The position numbers were made by a program, and so were the translations under genes. From a virus (taxonomy: Duplodnaviria; Caudoviricetes), in IMG/VR virus record IMGVR_UViG_3300037400_005963, positions 64,001 through 128,000 of that record: a DNA stretch of 64,000 nt; one strand, given 5' to 3'. Of the stretch, positions 28,141 to 37,912 are shown in pieces (the first letter of the stretch is position 1; each line of letters starts with the position of its first letter). The notes under the pieces are model-generated. The model saw only the letters and a program-made list of their open reading frames with translations, did no database searches and was not told where the DNA came from.

Positions 28141-28344
28141 ATGGATGATGATTGGAACGTTAAACAAATTGTAGGTTTTGTGCTTATGATTTTCAGTGGG
28201 TTGGTAGGACTTGTAGCACTTATAGTTCTCTTATGCAAATTTTTAAGAGGAGAAATTGTTGGAGGTATATTGCTTGTGTTGATGATGATAACAGGAATCT
28301 ATCTCTGGAAGAAAGGTTCAAAAGAAAATAATAAAAAAGATTGA
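28141..28344 (+). CDS. Small two-helix membrane protein
   Basis: Two hydrophobic helices, basic tail. Confidence 0.6.
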   Translation: MDDDWNVKQIVGFVLMIFSGLVGLVALIVLLCKFLRGEIVGGILLVLMMITGIYLWKKGSKENNKKD

Positions 28345-28347
28345 GAA

Positions 28348-28557
28348 ATGGTAAGCAAAGAAAAACGAGATGAGGTTTTTGAACATAACAAACCTTATCT
28401 GAAGGACAAGGATACAATGGAAGACTTGCTTCCAATCTGTGAGAGGTGTGAACAATGGTGTGGCAAGGAGCACGACTTTGAGGATTGCCGAAATCAACCA
28501 TGTTTTGAACTGTGGTTGAGTAACGAATACTTGGAGTGGTGTGAATCATTTAAATAA
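28348..28557 (+). CDS. Small Cys-rich protein
   Basis: CERCEQWC...C...C. Confidence 0.6.
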   Translation: MVSKEKRDEVFEHNKPYLKDKDTMEDLLPICERCEQWCGKEHDFEDCRNQPCFELWLSNEYLEWCESFK

Positions 28558-28577
28558 TCCCAATTAAAATTGATATT

Positions 28578-29636
28578 ATGGACTACGAAAGAAAATACAA
28601 AGAGGCTCTTGAGAGAGCATCAAAGATTTGTAATAGTGATTTTGAACCAAATGATAAATCAATATTATGTTCTATTATCTTCCCCGAACTCAAAGAGAGC
28701 GAGGACGAGAAGACAAGGAAAGACCTTACTGAATTTATTAAGAGTGCTTCAGGTGGATTCTTAAACTCTACAATACCGTGCAAAACATTCGGAGAATGGC
28801 TCGAATGGCTTGAAAAGCAAGGTAAAAAGTCTGTAAATATAGATGTTGAATCTATGGTAAGTTCATATGAACAAAGACTTGAAAGTCAAGGTGGTACAAA
28901 GTATACTCCTCTTGTTAATATGCGCTTAACTGCTTTTAGACATGGTGTTGAAAATGTATTAGATGAACTAAATTTAAAGAAACTTGAAAAGCAAGCTGAA
29001 AAAAAGCCTGCTGATAAGGTTGAACCAAAGTTTAAGGTTGGTGATTGGATTATTGCCACCGGTGAAGTGGTTTATCAAATAAAAGATATTCAAGGTCCAA
29101 ATGTTACTCTTATAGAGCCAAACGGAGATGAAAGTATTTTTGACATAAGTGTTTTAGATGACGCAAAGTTATGGACAATCGCTGACGTAAAAGATGGCGA
29201 TGTGCTTGTTGATGAGGACAATAACATAGGTCTTTATTTAGAAGAAAAGGATGATGTATATTGGCATTCTTGCATTTATCTTGGTTGCGATAATTGTCTT
29301 CGTGGCTTTAGTATAGGCGGTTATCATAAGCATAAAAATACTAAACCAGCAACTAAAGAGCAACGTGACCTGTTATTTCAGAAAATGAAAGAAGCGGGTT
29401 ACGAATGGGACAGTGAGAAGAAAGAATTGAAGAAAATTGAGCCAAAGAAAGTTAATGCCAATAAGGTAATTAATTGGGTTAATCCCGATAAGGTAATTGA
29501 ATGGCTGAAAGGTAGGATAAGAGAGACGAAAGAATATTTTGGTGAACATGGTGTATATTACGATACCCATTTGACATTACCTTATAGTTCTATTGAAGAC
29601 CTTATTAATGATTTTAAGGAAGATTTCGGACTATGA
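28578..29636 (+). CDS. Modular hypothetical phage protein
   Basis: FPELKESEDE, KFKVGDW, WTI.D.KDGDVL, PATKEQRDLLF segments. Confidence 0.7.
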   Translation: MDYERKYKEALERASKICNSDFEPNDKSILCSIIFPELKESEDEKTRKDLTEFIKSASGGFLNSTIPCKTFGEWLEWLEKQGKKSVNIDVESMVSSYEQRLESQGGTKYTPLVNMRLTAFRHGVENVLDELNLKKLEKQAEKKPADKVEPKFKVGDWIIATGEVVYQIKDIQGPNVTLIEPNGDESIFDISVLDDAKLWTIADVKDGDVLVDEDNNIGLYLEEKDDVYWHSCIYLGCDNCLRGFSIGGYHKHKNTKPATKEQRDLLFQKMKEAGYEWDSEKKELKKIEPKKVNANKVINWVNPDKVIEWLKGRIRETKEYFGEHGVYYDTHLTLPYSSIEDLINDFKEDFGL

Positions 29637-30040
29637 CAGAAGAAGAATTAATGATTGGTGACCTTGTACAAGTAAATGACGAAGTATGTAAGGTTATATC
29701 AATATCGTATTTTGACATTGGGATATCTGACAGTAAAGAAGATTTCTACAATGAGCATATTGATAACATTAAGCCCATTCCTCTTACCACAGAAATCTTG
29801 GAGAAAAACTTCGACTCCGAGAAAGTTGACTTCGAGGGACGTCATATCAGCACACGATACACTGACCGCAATGAGTTCCGTGACATCGTGATTGCTGAAT
29901 ATACTGACGGGATGTGGGAAGTTAAGATTGACGATGTAGATTTCAGTGACCCTCCGACCTGGAAGGTATATGTCTGTGACGTCCACGAATTGCAACACGC
30001 ATTGAGACTATGTAGTATTAATAAAGAAATTAAATTATGA
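29633..30040 (+). CDS. Paralog family B protein
   Basis: ELMIGD...IKPIPLT.EILEKN...VHELQHALRLC. Confidence 0.7.
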   Translation: MTEEELMIGDLVQVNDEVCKVISISYFDIGISDSKEDFYNEHIDNIKPIPLTTEILEKNFDSEKVDFEGRHISTRYTDRNEFRDIVIAEYTDGMWEVKIDDVDFSDPPTWKVYVCDVHELQHALRLCSINKEIKL

Positions 30041-30309
30041 AAAAGAAAAAAGACGACAAAACACTTGGATTGCTGGTATGGGCAATTGTTAGTGCCATCA
30101 TAATCGGCTTTTGCTGGTCGTGTGTAGAGAAGAACGCTGACGGCTCCATCCCCCTTAATAAGAACACAGAGGGCAGTTATTCATTGTCCGAATACCGTCA
30201 AATCGTTATTGACTCTTGTGAATATATCGAGGCGAACTATGCTCTATCTCATAAGGGAAATTGCAAGTTCTGTGCTGAGAGAAGAAAGAAAGAGCTTAAA
30301 GAAGAATGA
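30037..30309 (+). CDS. Membrane/lipoprotein with HKGNCxxC tail
   Basis: N-terminal hydrophobic helix ending in Cys. Confidence 0.6.
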   Translation: MKKKKDDKTLGLLVWAIVSAIIIGFCWSCVEKNADGSIPLNKNTEGSYSLSEYRQIVIDSCEYIEANYALSHKGNCKFCAERRKKELKEE

Positions 30310-30402
30310 TATGACACCAGAAGATGAAGACAAATATTATGATTATTTTAGATATTGGTCAAAGGAACTTAGAAAAGATATTTTAAAAGAGTTATTAAAA
30401 AT

Positions 30403-30879
30403 ATGAATCAAGAAGTTAGACAAAAGTTAGTAGAGAGATGGGTAAATCCCGAGGATGTACAGTATCTAGATGAGGCTATTGAGAGCATCAATAAGCGTCG
30501 TAGTAAACAATATCAACATAAGTATGATATTACCAAGCCTCAGAAAACAAAGAGGTGGGAATACGTCTTCACCGAGAATGATGACCCCTATGATGCAGAT
30601 ATTGATGTTACCGTTGATCACGCCATCACAATGCTAAATCAGTTTAAGACAAAAGGTTATCCATATGTTGGATATGAGGACGAAGAACTAATTGTATATC
30701 GATATGAACTTGAAGCTGCAAGTGAATGGGCAAAGAAGATTAAAGGTGACATCTTACGAGAAATCAGTTCTGTTAAGAAGAGCCACAACACTCGTGAACA
30801 GAAGGTTGCTAAGATTGAAAAATTAGAGAAACAAATAGAAGAACTTAAAAAAGAATTAGAACAAGATAAAGATTCTTAA
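30403..30879 (+). CDS. Hypothetical protein with C-terminal coiled coil
   Basis: ORF track. Confidence 0.6.
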   Translation: MNQEVRQKLVERWVNPEDVQYLDEAIESINKRRSKQYQHKYDITKPQKTKRWEYVFTENDDPYDADIDVTVDHAITMLNQFKTKGYPYVGYEDEELIVYRYELEAASEWAKKIKGDILREISSVKKSHNTREQKVAKIEKLEKQIEELKKELEQDKDS

Positions 30880-31057
30880 TTATGAGTGAGCAGCAGAAAG
30901 ATATGTTAATTGCTTGGTTTGATAATATAAAGCAGATGGCAGATAAGAGACCAAGTAATGACCTGAAAGAAGTATTAGAAGCAATTAGTACCTATGCAGA
31001 GATGTGTAAGGGAGATGTTAAGAATATGTTTTACTCTGACAATTTATCGTAGAAATT

Positions 31058-31303
31058 ATGACAGAAAAACAATTTGAAAAGGCACTTAAATTAAGTAATG
31101 CGCTTAATTTAATCAATAAGACTTTAGAAGTTGTACCAGTTCTTAATCCCTCGGGTACTACAAATCACGTTGATCTGCGTTTTACTGATACTTGCGAGAA
31201 TAAAATTATTGCAAAATTAGCATACGACTTATTTCCAGAAGAATTCAAGGAATTACTATATAGGAAGAAAAAAGAACTAGAAGAAGAATTCAAAAAATTA
31301 TGA
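31058..31303 (+). CDS. Hypothetical protein
   Basis: Resembles the last module of 22658..23464. Confidence 0.6.
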   Translation: MTEKQFEKALKLSNALNLINKTLEVVPVLNPSGTTNHVDLRFTDTCENKIIAKLAYDLFPEEFKELLYRKKKELEEEFKKL

Positions 31304-31482
31304 CAGAAGAACAAAAGAACTTAATAGTAATTAGGTATGAGATCGAGAAAAGAATCGAGCTCTATGAGACAGAAAGAAGAGAAGAAGGTTTGTCTCAAAT
31401 AGATAAAATAAGTCTTGGTGCTAGAATTGCTGCACTTCAAGAATTACTAGTTTTCATAAAAGGATTAGATAAGACTAATTAA
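31300..31482 (+). CDS. Hypothetical protein
   Basis: Followed by terminator GGAGGGCC/GGCTCTCC. Confidence 0.55.
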   Translation: MTEEQKNLIVIRYEIEKRIELYETERREEGLSQIDKISLGARIAALQELLVFIKGLDKTN

Positions 31483-31530
31483 GGGAGGGCCAAAATAAGG
31501 CTCTCCATTTCTTTTTAAATTCTTATATGT

Positions 31531-31607
31531 GATAAAAAAATTTTTTTCATTTCATTCTTATTTATCTAGTTCATGTTCGGGAGGAATGTGAACTAGATTT
31601 TTTCTTT
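31531..31607 (+). ncRNA. Candidate antisense sRNA 3 (33-nt segment + 15-bp hairpin, GGGAG loop)
   Basis: Promoter 31521-31531; ATCTAGTTCATGTTC-GGGAG-GAATGTGAACTAGAT; U-tract; no ORF. Confidence 0.7.
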
Positions 31608-31661
31608 CAAACCCTTATATATAGAGAGAAATAACATTTATTTTAATAAAAAAACAAAATT

Positions 31662-32519
31662 ATGATTACAAACAGAATGAGTTATGAGGAAATCTTAGAA
31701 GAAATAAAAAAAGATTTCCCTAATCAAAGAGAGTTTATTAAGAAACTCAGTTATCAATTTGATAAGACCTTTAATAGGAAGACTCAAATGCAGTCAAGAA
31801 TAAAAGGTCTTCGGAAAAGAGGAATCTACAACATCAATGTAGATCTTATTCCCCTAATGCACTATAAATTTAAAAGTGCTAGAGGAAATCAATATTACGC
31901 ACTGCACTTAGTAAGATTAGATGCAGAGTATGGCGAAACTAGAATTTTTGCGGTTCTTCCACCCAAAACATCAAGTGGAATCGGAGAATATGCAAAATTA
32001 AATCTAGATCCAATGACGGGTTATATTGGGATCGGATATATTATAACTTCCCATTACATTGATCGAATCCGTCAGAGGTGTGAGAAATTAAAAAACATTT
32101 CATCAGACCTAGATGATATTTTAACTGATGCCCCCAGTAATAGTGAGATAATAGATTACTTCTCATCTCAAATATCTGCGGACAGAGAAATAAAGGTATC
32201 TAATACTCTAGGTCTTAGGAGAGGACTTTGTATATTTGATTCTTCACAATTTAAAGATCGGGAAACTCTTATTCCTACTCTGAAACTTGGATATGTAGGA
32301 ATAGACATAATAAGTCCTGAAAATATACCGGGATGTATCTTTATATACCGAACTTATATTCAAGAGCCGAGAAAAAGACAAAAGGCTCAATTAAAGGAAT
32401 ATAGGGAGATAAAAGAGACTTCCAAGGAAGAGAAGCAGTATAAATATGTGAAGGAAAATTATAAAATGTACGATTTCCTAATCGAAAGAAAACGTTTAAT
32501 GGAGGAGAATGGGGATTAA
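31662..32519 (+). CDS. Hypothetical protein
   Basis: Own promoter 31613 and terminator. Confidence 0.7.
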   Translation: MITNRMSYEEILEEIKKDFPNQREFIKKLSYQFDKTFNRKTQMQSRIKGLRKRGIYNINVDLIPLMHYKFKSARGNQYYALHLVRLDAEYGETRIFAVLPPKTSSGIGEYAKLNLDPMTGYIGIGYIITSHYIDRIRQRCEKLKNISSDLDDILTDAPSNSEIIDYFSSQISADREIKVSNTLGLRRGLCIFDSSQFKDRETLIPTLKLGYVGIDIISPENIPGCIFIYRTYIQEPRKRQKAQLKEYREIKETSKEEKQYKYVKENYKMYDFLIERKRLMEENGD

Positions 32520-32549
32520 TTTCCCATTTCCTTTTATTTCCTTATAGTT

Positions 32550-32626
32550 GAATAAGATTTTTACATTTCATTTTTGTTTACCTAGTTCATGTCCGAGAGG
32601 GATGTGGACTAGGATTTTCTTCCTTT
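32550..32626 (+). ncRNA. Candidate antisense sRNA 4 (31-nt segment + 14-bp hairpin, GAGAG loop)
   Basis: Promoter 32540-32550; CCTAGTTCATGTCC-GAGAG-GGATGTGGACTAGG, homologous to sRNA 3 with pairing-preserving changes. Confidence 0.7.
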
Positions 32627-32688
32627 TATACCCTTATATATAGAGAGATAATTAAATATATTAATAAAACAATTAAAAGAAAAAGATT

Positions 32689-33651
32689 ATGAAGCCGAAC
32701 AAGAGTATGGTTTTTTGTCCATCCGCGAGGAAACAGAAAATCAAATTTGATTCCAAAGAAGCGGCCGAACGCTTTATTAGTTGGAATGGAAAAGAAATTC
32801 TAAATGAGAATGGTTATGCACCCAGAAGAGTTTATTATTGTTCTGCCTGCGGGAGTTGGCACGTAACAAGCTCTTCTAAGAAAGAAAGAAGAAACATAGA
32901 CCAGGATAGGGAACTTAGTAATAGGGTTCTTCTGCCCGGTATATTTAAGTGCAGACCTAATAATAATGTTTTGGTTCCATTATTCTCGAAAATTATAAAA
33001 TTAGCCGTGAGGGCACTCGATCTTGGTTATTTGGATCAAAAAGAAAGGGCCCTTTTTAGGTGTAGGGAATCAATGGGATTAATAGAGAAAACAGAAAGAT
33101 TGGGAAAAATATTAAGTGTAAAAAATAAATTTCTGACTAGGTGTAATACATTTCGTCAGATTCTTCAGCAAATAGAAGAAGCCCTTAATGAATCCCCGAT
33201 CGATAAATCAAGATTAGATGAATTAATGACCTTGATTTGTTGGACAATTGAGAGATGTGGAAGAAATAATTTTTCATATTCTCCCTACAATACTGGAGGT
33301 CATGACTTTAAGGTGACTCCATCAAACATAGATGAAGTCTTAAAGAACCTTCAGGAAAAAGAAAAAGAGAAAGAAAGAGAAGAACAACTATCTAAAGAAA
33401 TTAATATGTTGATCCCAGCCGCAGAAATGTGTATTAATTATGGGAAATACAATCAAGCTAAATCTAATATTAGTGATTCAATTTCTAAAGCAATGAAATT
33501 AAGTGTTCCAGAAAAAAGAATACAATATATTTCACGCTGTTTAAAATTAATTATAAAAAAGAATTGGATCCCTAAGGAAGAGCTTGAAGAGCTTTTTAAG
33601 GGGACGGAGTATGAATCCTCACTGGAGGAGCTCATAAAAAAATATACATAG
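32689..33651 (+). CDS. Protein with N-terminal Zn-finger-like domain
   Basis: FCP...YYCSACGSWHVTS. Confidence 0.7.
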   Translation: MKPNKSMVFCPSARKQKIKFDSKEAAERFISWNGKEILNENGYAPRRVYYCSACGSWHVTSSSKKERRNIDQDRELSNRVLLPGIFKCRPNNNVLVPLFSKIIKLAVRALDLGYLDQKERALFRCRESMGLIEKTERLGKILSVKNKFLTRCNTFRQILQQIEEALNESPIDKSRLDELMTLICWTIERCGRNNFSYSPYNTGGHDFKVTPSNIDEVLKNLQEKEKEKEREEQLSKEINMLIPAAEMCINYGKYNQAKSNISDSISKAMKLSVPEKRIQYISRCLKLIIKKNWIPKEELEELFKGTEYESSLEELIKKYT

Positions 33652-33658
33652 TTGTTTA

Positions 33659-33694
33659 ATCTAGCTTACGGAAACGTGGGCTAGATTTCTTTTT
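33659..33694 (+). terminator. Intrinsic terminator with GAAA loop
   Basis: ATCTAGCTTACG-GAAA-CGTGGGCTAGAT then a T-run. Confidence 0.75.
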
Positions 33695-33726
33695 ATTTCC
33701 TTATAAGTGAATTAATTATAGAATAA

Positions 33727-33957
33727 ATGAAATATCGAATAAGAAAAATTAGAAATAAGGTTTACGTAGTAGAGAAAAAACCCTTCCTAGGTTGCTGGGA
33801 AAATGCTATAGGTGATGAATCTCTTACCTGGCCATCGATAGAAGATTGTCTTCATTGGATCAGGTGTAGACTTGGTTATTCTAAGGGAACACTCAAAATA
33901 GGTTATATAGAAAATTTATACTATAATAAATATTCAGGACGCTATGAAGAATCGTAA
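33727..33957 (+). CDS. Hypothetical protein
   Basis: After promoter 33699. Confidence 0.55.
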   Translation: MKYRIRKIRNKVYVVEKKPFLGCWENAIGDESLTWPSIEDCLHWIRCRLGYSKGTLKIGYIENLYYNKYSGRYEES

Positions 33958-34726
33958 ATTAAATCGAGTTGAAAGAAAAATTAAGGGATGGTTAGTGGAA
34001 AATATTGCATTACCACTTATCAGAAATCATGAAAAAGATAGCCCCTTGATTAAACACTATTTAGATGAGGGTGGACAAAACAGAGACATAATTGATCTCT
34101 TGGCTGTTTTTGGCACACAGGGACATTCAGGATCATCAGCTCCCCTTACTGCTCGGTTATTCGAAAAGGCTGCTATGTTTAAGATACTATCGCCGCTGAA
34201 ATTTACCGATAATGAATTCGGAACATTGCATGGTGATTCTCAACAAAATAGACGAATGAGTTCTGTTTTCAAAGATACAGATAAATCTGGCACTGAGAGG
34301 ATTTATGACATCGATGCAATCACCTGGACAGAGAAATCAGGAAAACGTTTTGACATGAATGGGGAAGATTTCTTTGATTGTGATTATGCAAAGATGGGTT
34401 ACGGTTTTCATGGCGGTTCAGTTATGGTATATTCTAAGATCAATGATACCTGGCGCTGTCTTGGTTCTCGACAGGAGATTATTAATCGTGAAACCTTTAT
34501 GGGAAAGAATCAAGTTCGTGTCCCCGTCATAGAAATAGATGATTCCAGTGATACGAAGAATGACTATGTATGTTACTTCACATTAGAAGAGTATATTCCT
34601 CAGAACTTTTATCTAGATTATCAGTTTATGGAACGAGATAAGGATGAGGAATATGGAAAGATGTTAGAGATTTGTAAGAAACATAAAAACTCATTAATCG
34701 AGGCTTTACAAGATGGCAGCAATTGA
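33944..34726 (+). CDS. Phage protein, paralog of 58665..59414
   Basis: QGHSGSS...KILSPL.F...QN.R.S...DIDAITW...TFMG. Confidence 0.7.
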   Translation: MKNRKLNRVERKIKGWLVENIALPLIRNHEKDSPLIKHYLDEGGQNRDIIDLLAVFGTQGHSGSSAPLTARLFEKAAMFKILSPLKFTDNEFGTLHGDSQQNRRMSSVFKDTDKSGTERIYDIDAITWTEKSGKRFDMNGEDFFDCDYAKMGYGFHGGSVMVYSKINDTWRCLGSRQEIINRETFMGKNQVRVPVIEIDDSSDTKNDYVCYFTLEEYIPQNFYLDYQFMERDKDEEYGKMLEICKKHKNSLIEALQDGSN

Positions 34727-35576
34727 TAAAATTTATGTGAATTCTTTCGAACAATACGAAGAATTTAGAGATTGGTGTAAAAAACAGCCTCCTCTTAAGG
34801 ATAAATATGGACGTGAGGCAAAGATAACGCAGTACTTATATTTCTGGAGAAAGGAAGATCTTAGTGATAGGAAGTACAGTGATTTTCCAATATTTAATGC
34901 ACCTTGTTATGTAGATGCATACATCATTCGAAACTGTCCCCTCGATTATATTCAAAGAGGTCTAATGCTAAACTATGGATATAAAACCGAGGAAGATATC
35001 AAAGAAATGTTTGAGACAGTTAAGAGCCGTACTCCAGAAGAACAAAAACGAATCAATGAGGCAAAAGCTAATAATGTTTATCCTAACCCCCTTTCTAATT
35101 ATTGGTGGGTAGATCTAGACGACTTTGATATTGCAGAGGATGGAAAAATATCTCTTAAGAAGAAAGAAAAATCAACTTATGAGAAGATTTTAAATGGGGA
35201 ATTATATAACTCCCCCAAAAGAAGTGGGATTGAAGTCGGAACTCATTTTACAATGATTAAATCTCCCACTGCCTGGGGATATAATAAGTTTGAAAAGCCT
35301 CTTAGAGGAACTTGGTTCATCGATGTAGAAAGTCCTACTGGAAAATACGATTTCCTATGGTTTCATCAAACTTCAAAGAAAAACTTTGGTAGTGGAACCT
35401 GGGATTATGTGGACGAGTTTGTAGATGATCCCTACGGGTCCTCTTCGAGTGCTAATATCCAAACTATTCGATCACTTAGACGACGAATTAAAGAGTGGAA
35501 ATTGCCAATTGGTACTAGGATTATTGCAACCGGACGATATGAGTATGAAAGATATGAATTTATTGTTAGAAAATGA
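34713..35576 (+). CDS. Hypothetical protein
   Basis: ORF track. Confidence 0.65.
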   Translation: MAAIDKIYVNSFEQYEEFRDWCKKQPPLKDKYGREAKITQYLYFWRKEDLSDRKYSDFPIFNAPCYVDAYIIRNCPLDYIQRGLMLNYGYKTEEDIKEMFETVKSRTPEEQKRINEAKANNVYPNPLSNYWWVDLDDFDIAEDGKISLKKKEKSTYEKILNGELYNSPKRSGIEVGTHFTMIKSPTAWGYNKFEKPLRGTWFIDVESPTGKYDFLWFHQTSKKNFGSGTWDYVDEFVDDPYGSSSSANIQTIRSLRRRIKEWKLPIGTRIIATGRYEYERYEFIVRK

Positions 35577-36286
35577 GATGTAGAATTATTTCATTCTTAG
35601 TGAGTTTGATATTATCGATCTCTAATATTAATGCAAATGATACTATTCCACTAATTAATGATTCTACTCCAATATCTCTCCCTAAGGAAAATATAAATTG
35701 GGGAAGGTTAGGGTTTCATACAGGAATGTTCATTGGTTGTGGTGGAGTTATGATGATAGTTCTTGAAGCACTCCCCGAGAATGCTACAGCTTGGAATAAA
35801 ACTGAACTTCGTGAAACTCCTGTATTTCAGCGATGGAAAGATCATGTAAAGAAAGGACCTGTTATCGATAAAGATAGACCAGCCTTTAATTATATTCTTC
35901 ATCCTTATGCGGGAGCGGTCTATTATCAAGCAGCTCGGGGTAGTGGGTGTAATTGGTGGCAGTCATTCCTATACTGTACCTTCGTTAGTAATGTACTGTG
36001 GGAATATGGATTTGAAGCATTTAATGAAATCCCTTCTATCCAAGATCTCTTAATTACACCTATAATTGGTAGTGCATTTGGAGAAGGATTTCATCTCTAT
36101 AAAAAGAAAATTCTTAAAAACGATTATCGAGTATTAGGCAGTCGTTTTCTAGGAAAGACCATTTGTTGGTTTATTGATCCCTTCAATGAATTTGGAAATG
36201 TGATCTTCCAAGAAAAGGATAGAGTTACATCTACGTTCTTAGTATCAAATAATCAAAAATTAATAACATTAAGAATTAAAATATGA
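35573..36286 (+). CDS. DUF3943-like exported membrane protein
   Basis: Signal peptide; NYILHPYAGAVYYQAAR...WEYGFEAFNEIPSIQDL...GE. Confidence 0.7.
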   Translation: MRCRIISFLVSLILSISNINANDTIPLINDSTPISLPKENINWGRLGFHTGMFIGCGGVMMIVLEALPENATAWNKTELRETPVFQRWKDHVKKGPVIDKDRPAFNYILHPYAGAVYYQAARGSGCNWWQSFLYCTFVSNVLWEYGFEAFNEIPSIQDLLITPIIGSAFGEGFHLYKKKILKNDYRVLGSRFLGKTICWFIDPFNEFGNVIFQEKDRVTSTFLVSNNQKLITLRIKI

Positions 36287-36332
36287 AAGTAAAAAAGAAG
36301 ACTTCAATTAATATTAAAAAAGCACTTGAGAG

Positions 36333-36398
36333 ATGAAAATAAATGAGCTTCAACATATCTTCAGAGTATGTGGAGTAGATAGAGAGATTAAGACTTAA
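36333..36398 (+). pseudogene. C-terminal remnant of a family B gene
   Basis: MKINELQHIFRVCGVDREIKT corresponds to the family B tail HELQH.LRLCGI.KEI. Confidence 0.6.
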
Positions 36399-36492
36399 AA
36401 TAGAAGTATCCTGGCGGTACTTCTTTTATTTTGTTCATTTATAGATACTTAGGCCGGAGAAAACCTAATATATGAATTAAATTGAAACAGCT

Positions 36493-36597
36493 ATGGTATT
36501 TATAGATATTAAAGATCTAATTGCAATTGTAGTTTTGTGTATATGTGTAATTTTAATTTGTATTAAAACATATAAAGATAAAAGAAAAAATGACTAA
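36493..36597 (+). CDS. 34-aa single-pass membrane peptide (not in track)
   Basis: After promoter 36464; LIAIVVLCICVILICI. Confidence 0.5.
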   Translation: MVFIDIKDLIAIVVLCICVILICIKTYKDKRKND

Positions 36598-36979
36598 CGA
36601 AGAAAGAGATCTCCTGATACAGGATATATGTGGGAGGTTGCCGTATAGTGTAGCAACCGAATATAATGGAGAGTTTTATGAGATCCTTGGTTATGTTCAC
36701 GGAAAGGTAGTGGTAGCAAAGCCCTTCTCTTCAATTTCGATGCCAATTGATATCGAATCCTGTCGACCAATTCTTCGAGAGATAAAAGATCTATGTGGAG
36801 AAGAAAAAAGAAAGTTTGATGACCTAGTACGTTTCGCAGAGAGTAATAAAGATTCTCACGTCATCTTAGATTTCTTAAACTCGATACATGTAGATTATCG
36901 AGAGCTTATTCCTATGGGATTAGCTAGAAAAATGGATGAAGTTAAATGTCCAGATTGGTATGGGAGGCTCGAGAATTAA
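36590..36979 (+). CDS. Paralog family A protein (divergent)
   Basis: DICGRLPY...RPILR...DYRELIPMGLA. Confidence 0.7.
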   Translation: MTNEERDLLIQDICGRLPYSVATEYNGEFYEILGYVHGKVVVAKPFSSISMPIDIESCRPILREIKDLCGEEKRKFDDLVRFAESNKDSHVILDFLNSIHVDYRELIPMGLARKMDEVKCPDWYGRLEN

Positions 36980-37394
36980 AGGACCGGGAATAAAACATTT
37001 CCAGGTAGGAGATTGGATATATTCTGATTCAGATATACCAGTTAGAGTGGAGATAGTAAGAAGAACCTATTTATGTTATTCTCCTGATGGGGGAGTTACT
37101 TTTGAATATGTTTTTCAACCCTCGCCTATTCCAATAACTCCTGAGATTATGAAGAAAAATGGATTTGAATCAAAATATGACGCTACTTCAACTCTCCATG
37201 ACATGATTTTTAATCTAACTGATGGTACTTACTTAGATGTAGGAAACGGTGATGTTTTTGCAACGTATTCTGAATATGATTCCGATATGAGTAGGTGGGT
37301 TGAAAACGAGTTGCTTTTTTGTGCTATTTCTTATGTCCATGAACTTCAACATCTTCTTCAATTACTTAAAATAAATAAAGATATTAAAATATGA
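36936..37394 (+). CDS. Paralog family B protein (divergent)
   Basis: VGDW...PIPITPEIMKKNGF...VHELQHLL. Confidence 0.7.
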   Translation: MKLNVQIGMGGSRIKGPGIKHFQVGDWIYSDSDIPVRVEIVRRTYLCYSPDGGVTFEYVFQPSPIPITPEIMKKNGFESKYDATSTLHDMIFNLTDGTYLDVGNGDVFATYSEYDSDMSRWVENELLFCAISYVHELQHLLQLLKINKDIKI

Positions 37395-37912
37395 CACTTA
37401 AAGAAATCGAGAAAAAATTTCCATTTTCTGGGAAAGACGGACCTTGTAAAGATTGTGCATATTTAAATATATGTACTAGTATATTGCCAGGACTAGTTAA
37501 ACCTAAAAGATGTGGTGGTCCTTTCGTAGTAGAGGATTTGAATAAATTTAAGGCAGTGATGGAAGAATTAATTGAAAATCAAAAAGATATTCCGCCTGAG
37601 ATTGCAAAAATAGTACAAGATAATTTTTGGGACTTAATAGATGATAAGGAGACGAAGCCAGAAATTAACCCGGAACGAGAAAGAATAGTAAACAGTATAG
37701 GATATAATGCTGCCAAGAATGCAATTAACTACTATAATACAGTAGTTCTGGACGATAATGTAGTAGACGCATATGAAGAGGGTGCTTCATTTGGCTATAC
37801 TTTCGCTATTGGTAAGGTTTGTCGTTGGCTTAAGAAAAATATTAACTCTTATCCAACCCCTATTCCTGTTGATAAGTTAATTGAGGATATTAAAAAAGCA
37901 TTAGATGAATGA
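37391..37912 (+). CDS. Hypothetical modular protein
   Basis: ORF track. Confidence 0.6.
   Translation: MTLKEIEKKFPFSGKDGPCKDCAYLNICTSILPGLVKPKRCGGPFVVEDLNKFKAVMEELIENQKDIPPEIAKIVQDNFWDLIDDKETKPEINPERERIVNSIGYNAAKNAINYYNTVVLDDNVVDAYEEGASFGYTFAIGKVCRWLKKNINSYPTPIPVDKLIEDIKKALDE

Noticed and set aside
15453-32626. sRNAs as cis-acting antitoxins of the adjacent genes
   Set aside because: Their 5' segments are not complementary to the starts of the neighbouring genes
33659-33694. A fifth guide-like sRNA (hairpin base ATCTAG/CTAGAT resembles sRNA 3)
   Set aside because: No own promoter or 30-nt leader, and a GAAA tetraloop; best read as the terminator of the upstream gene
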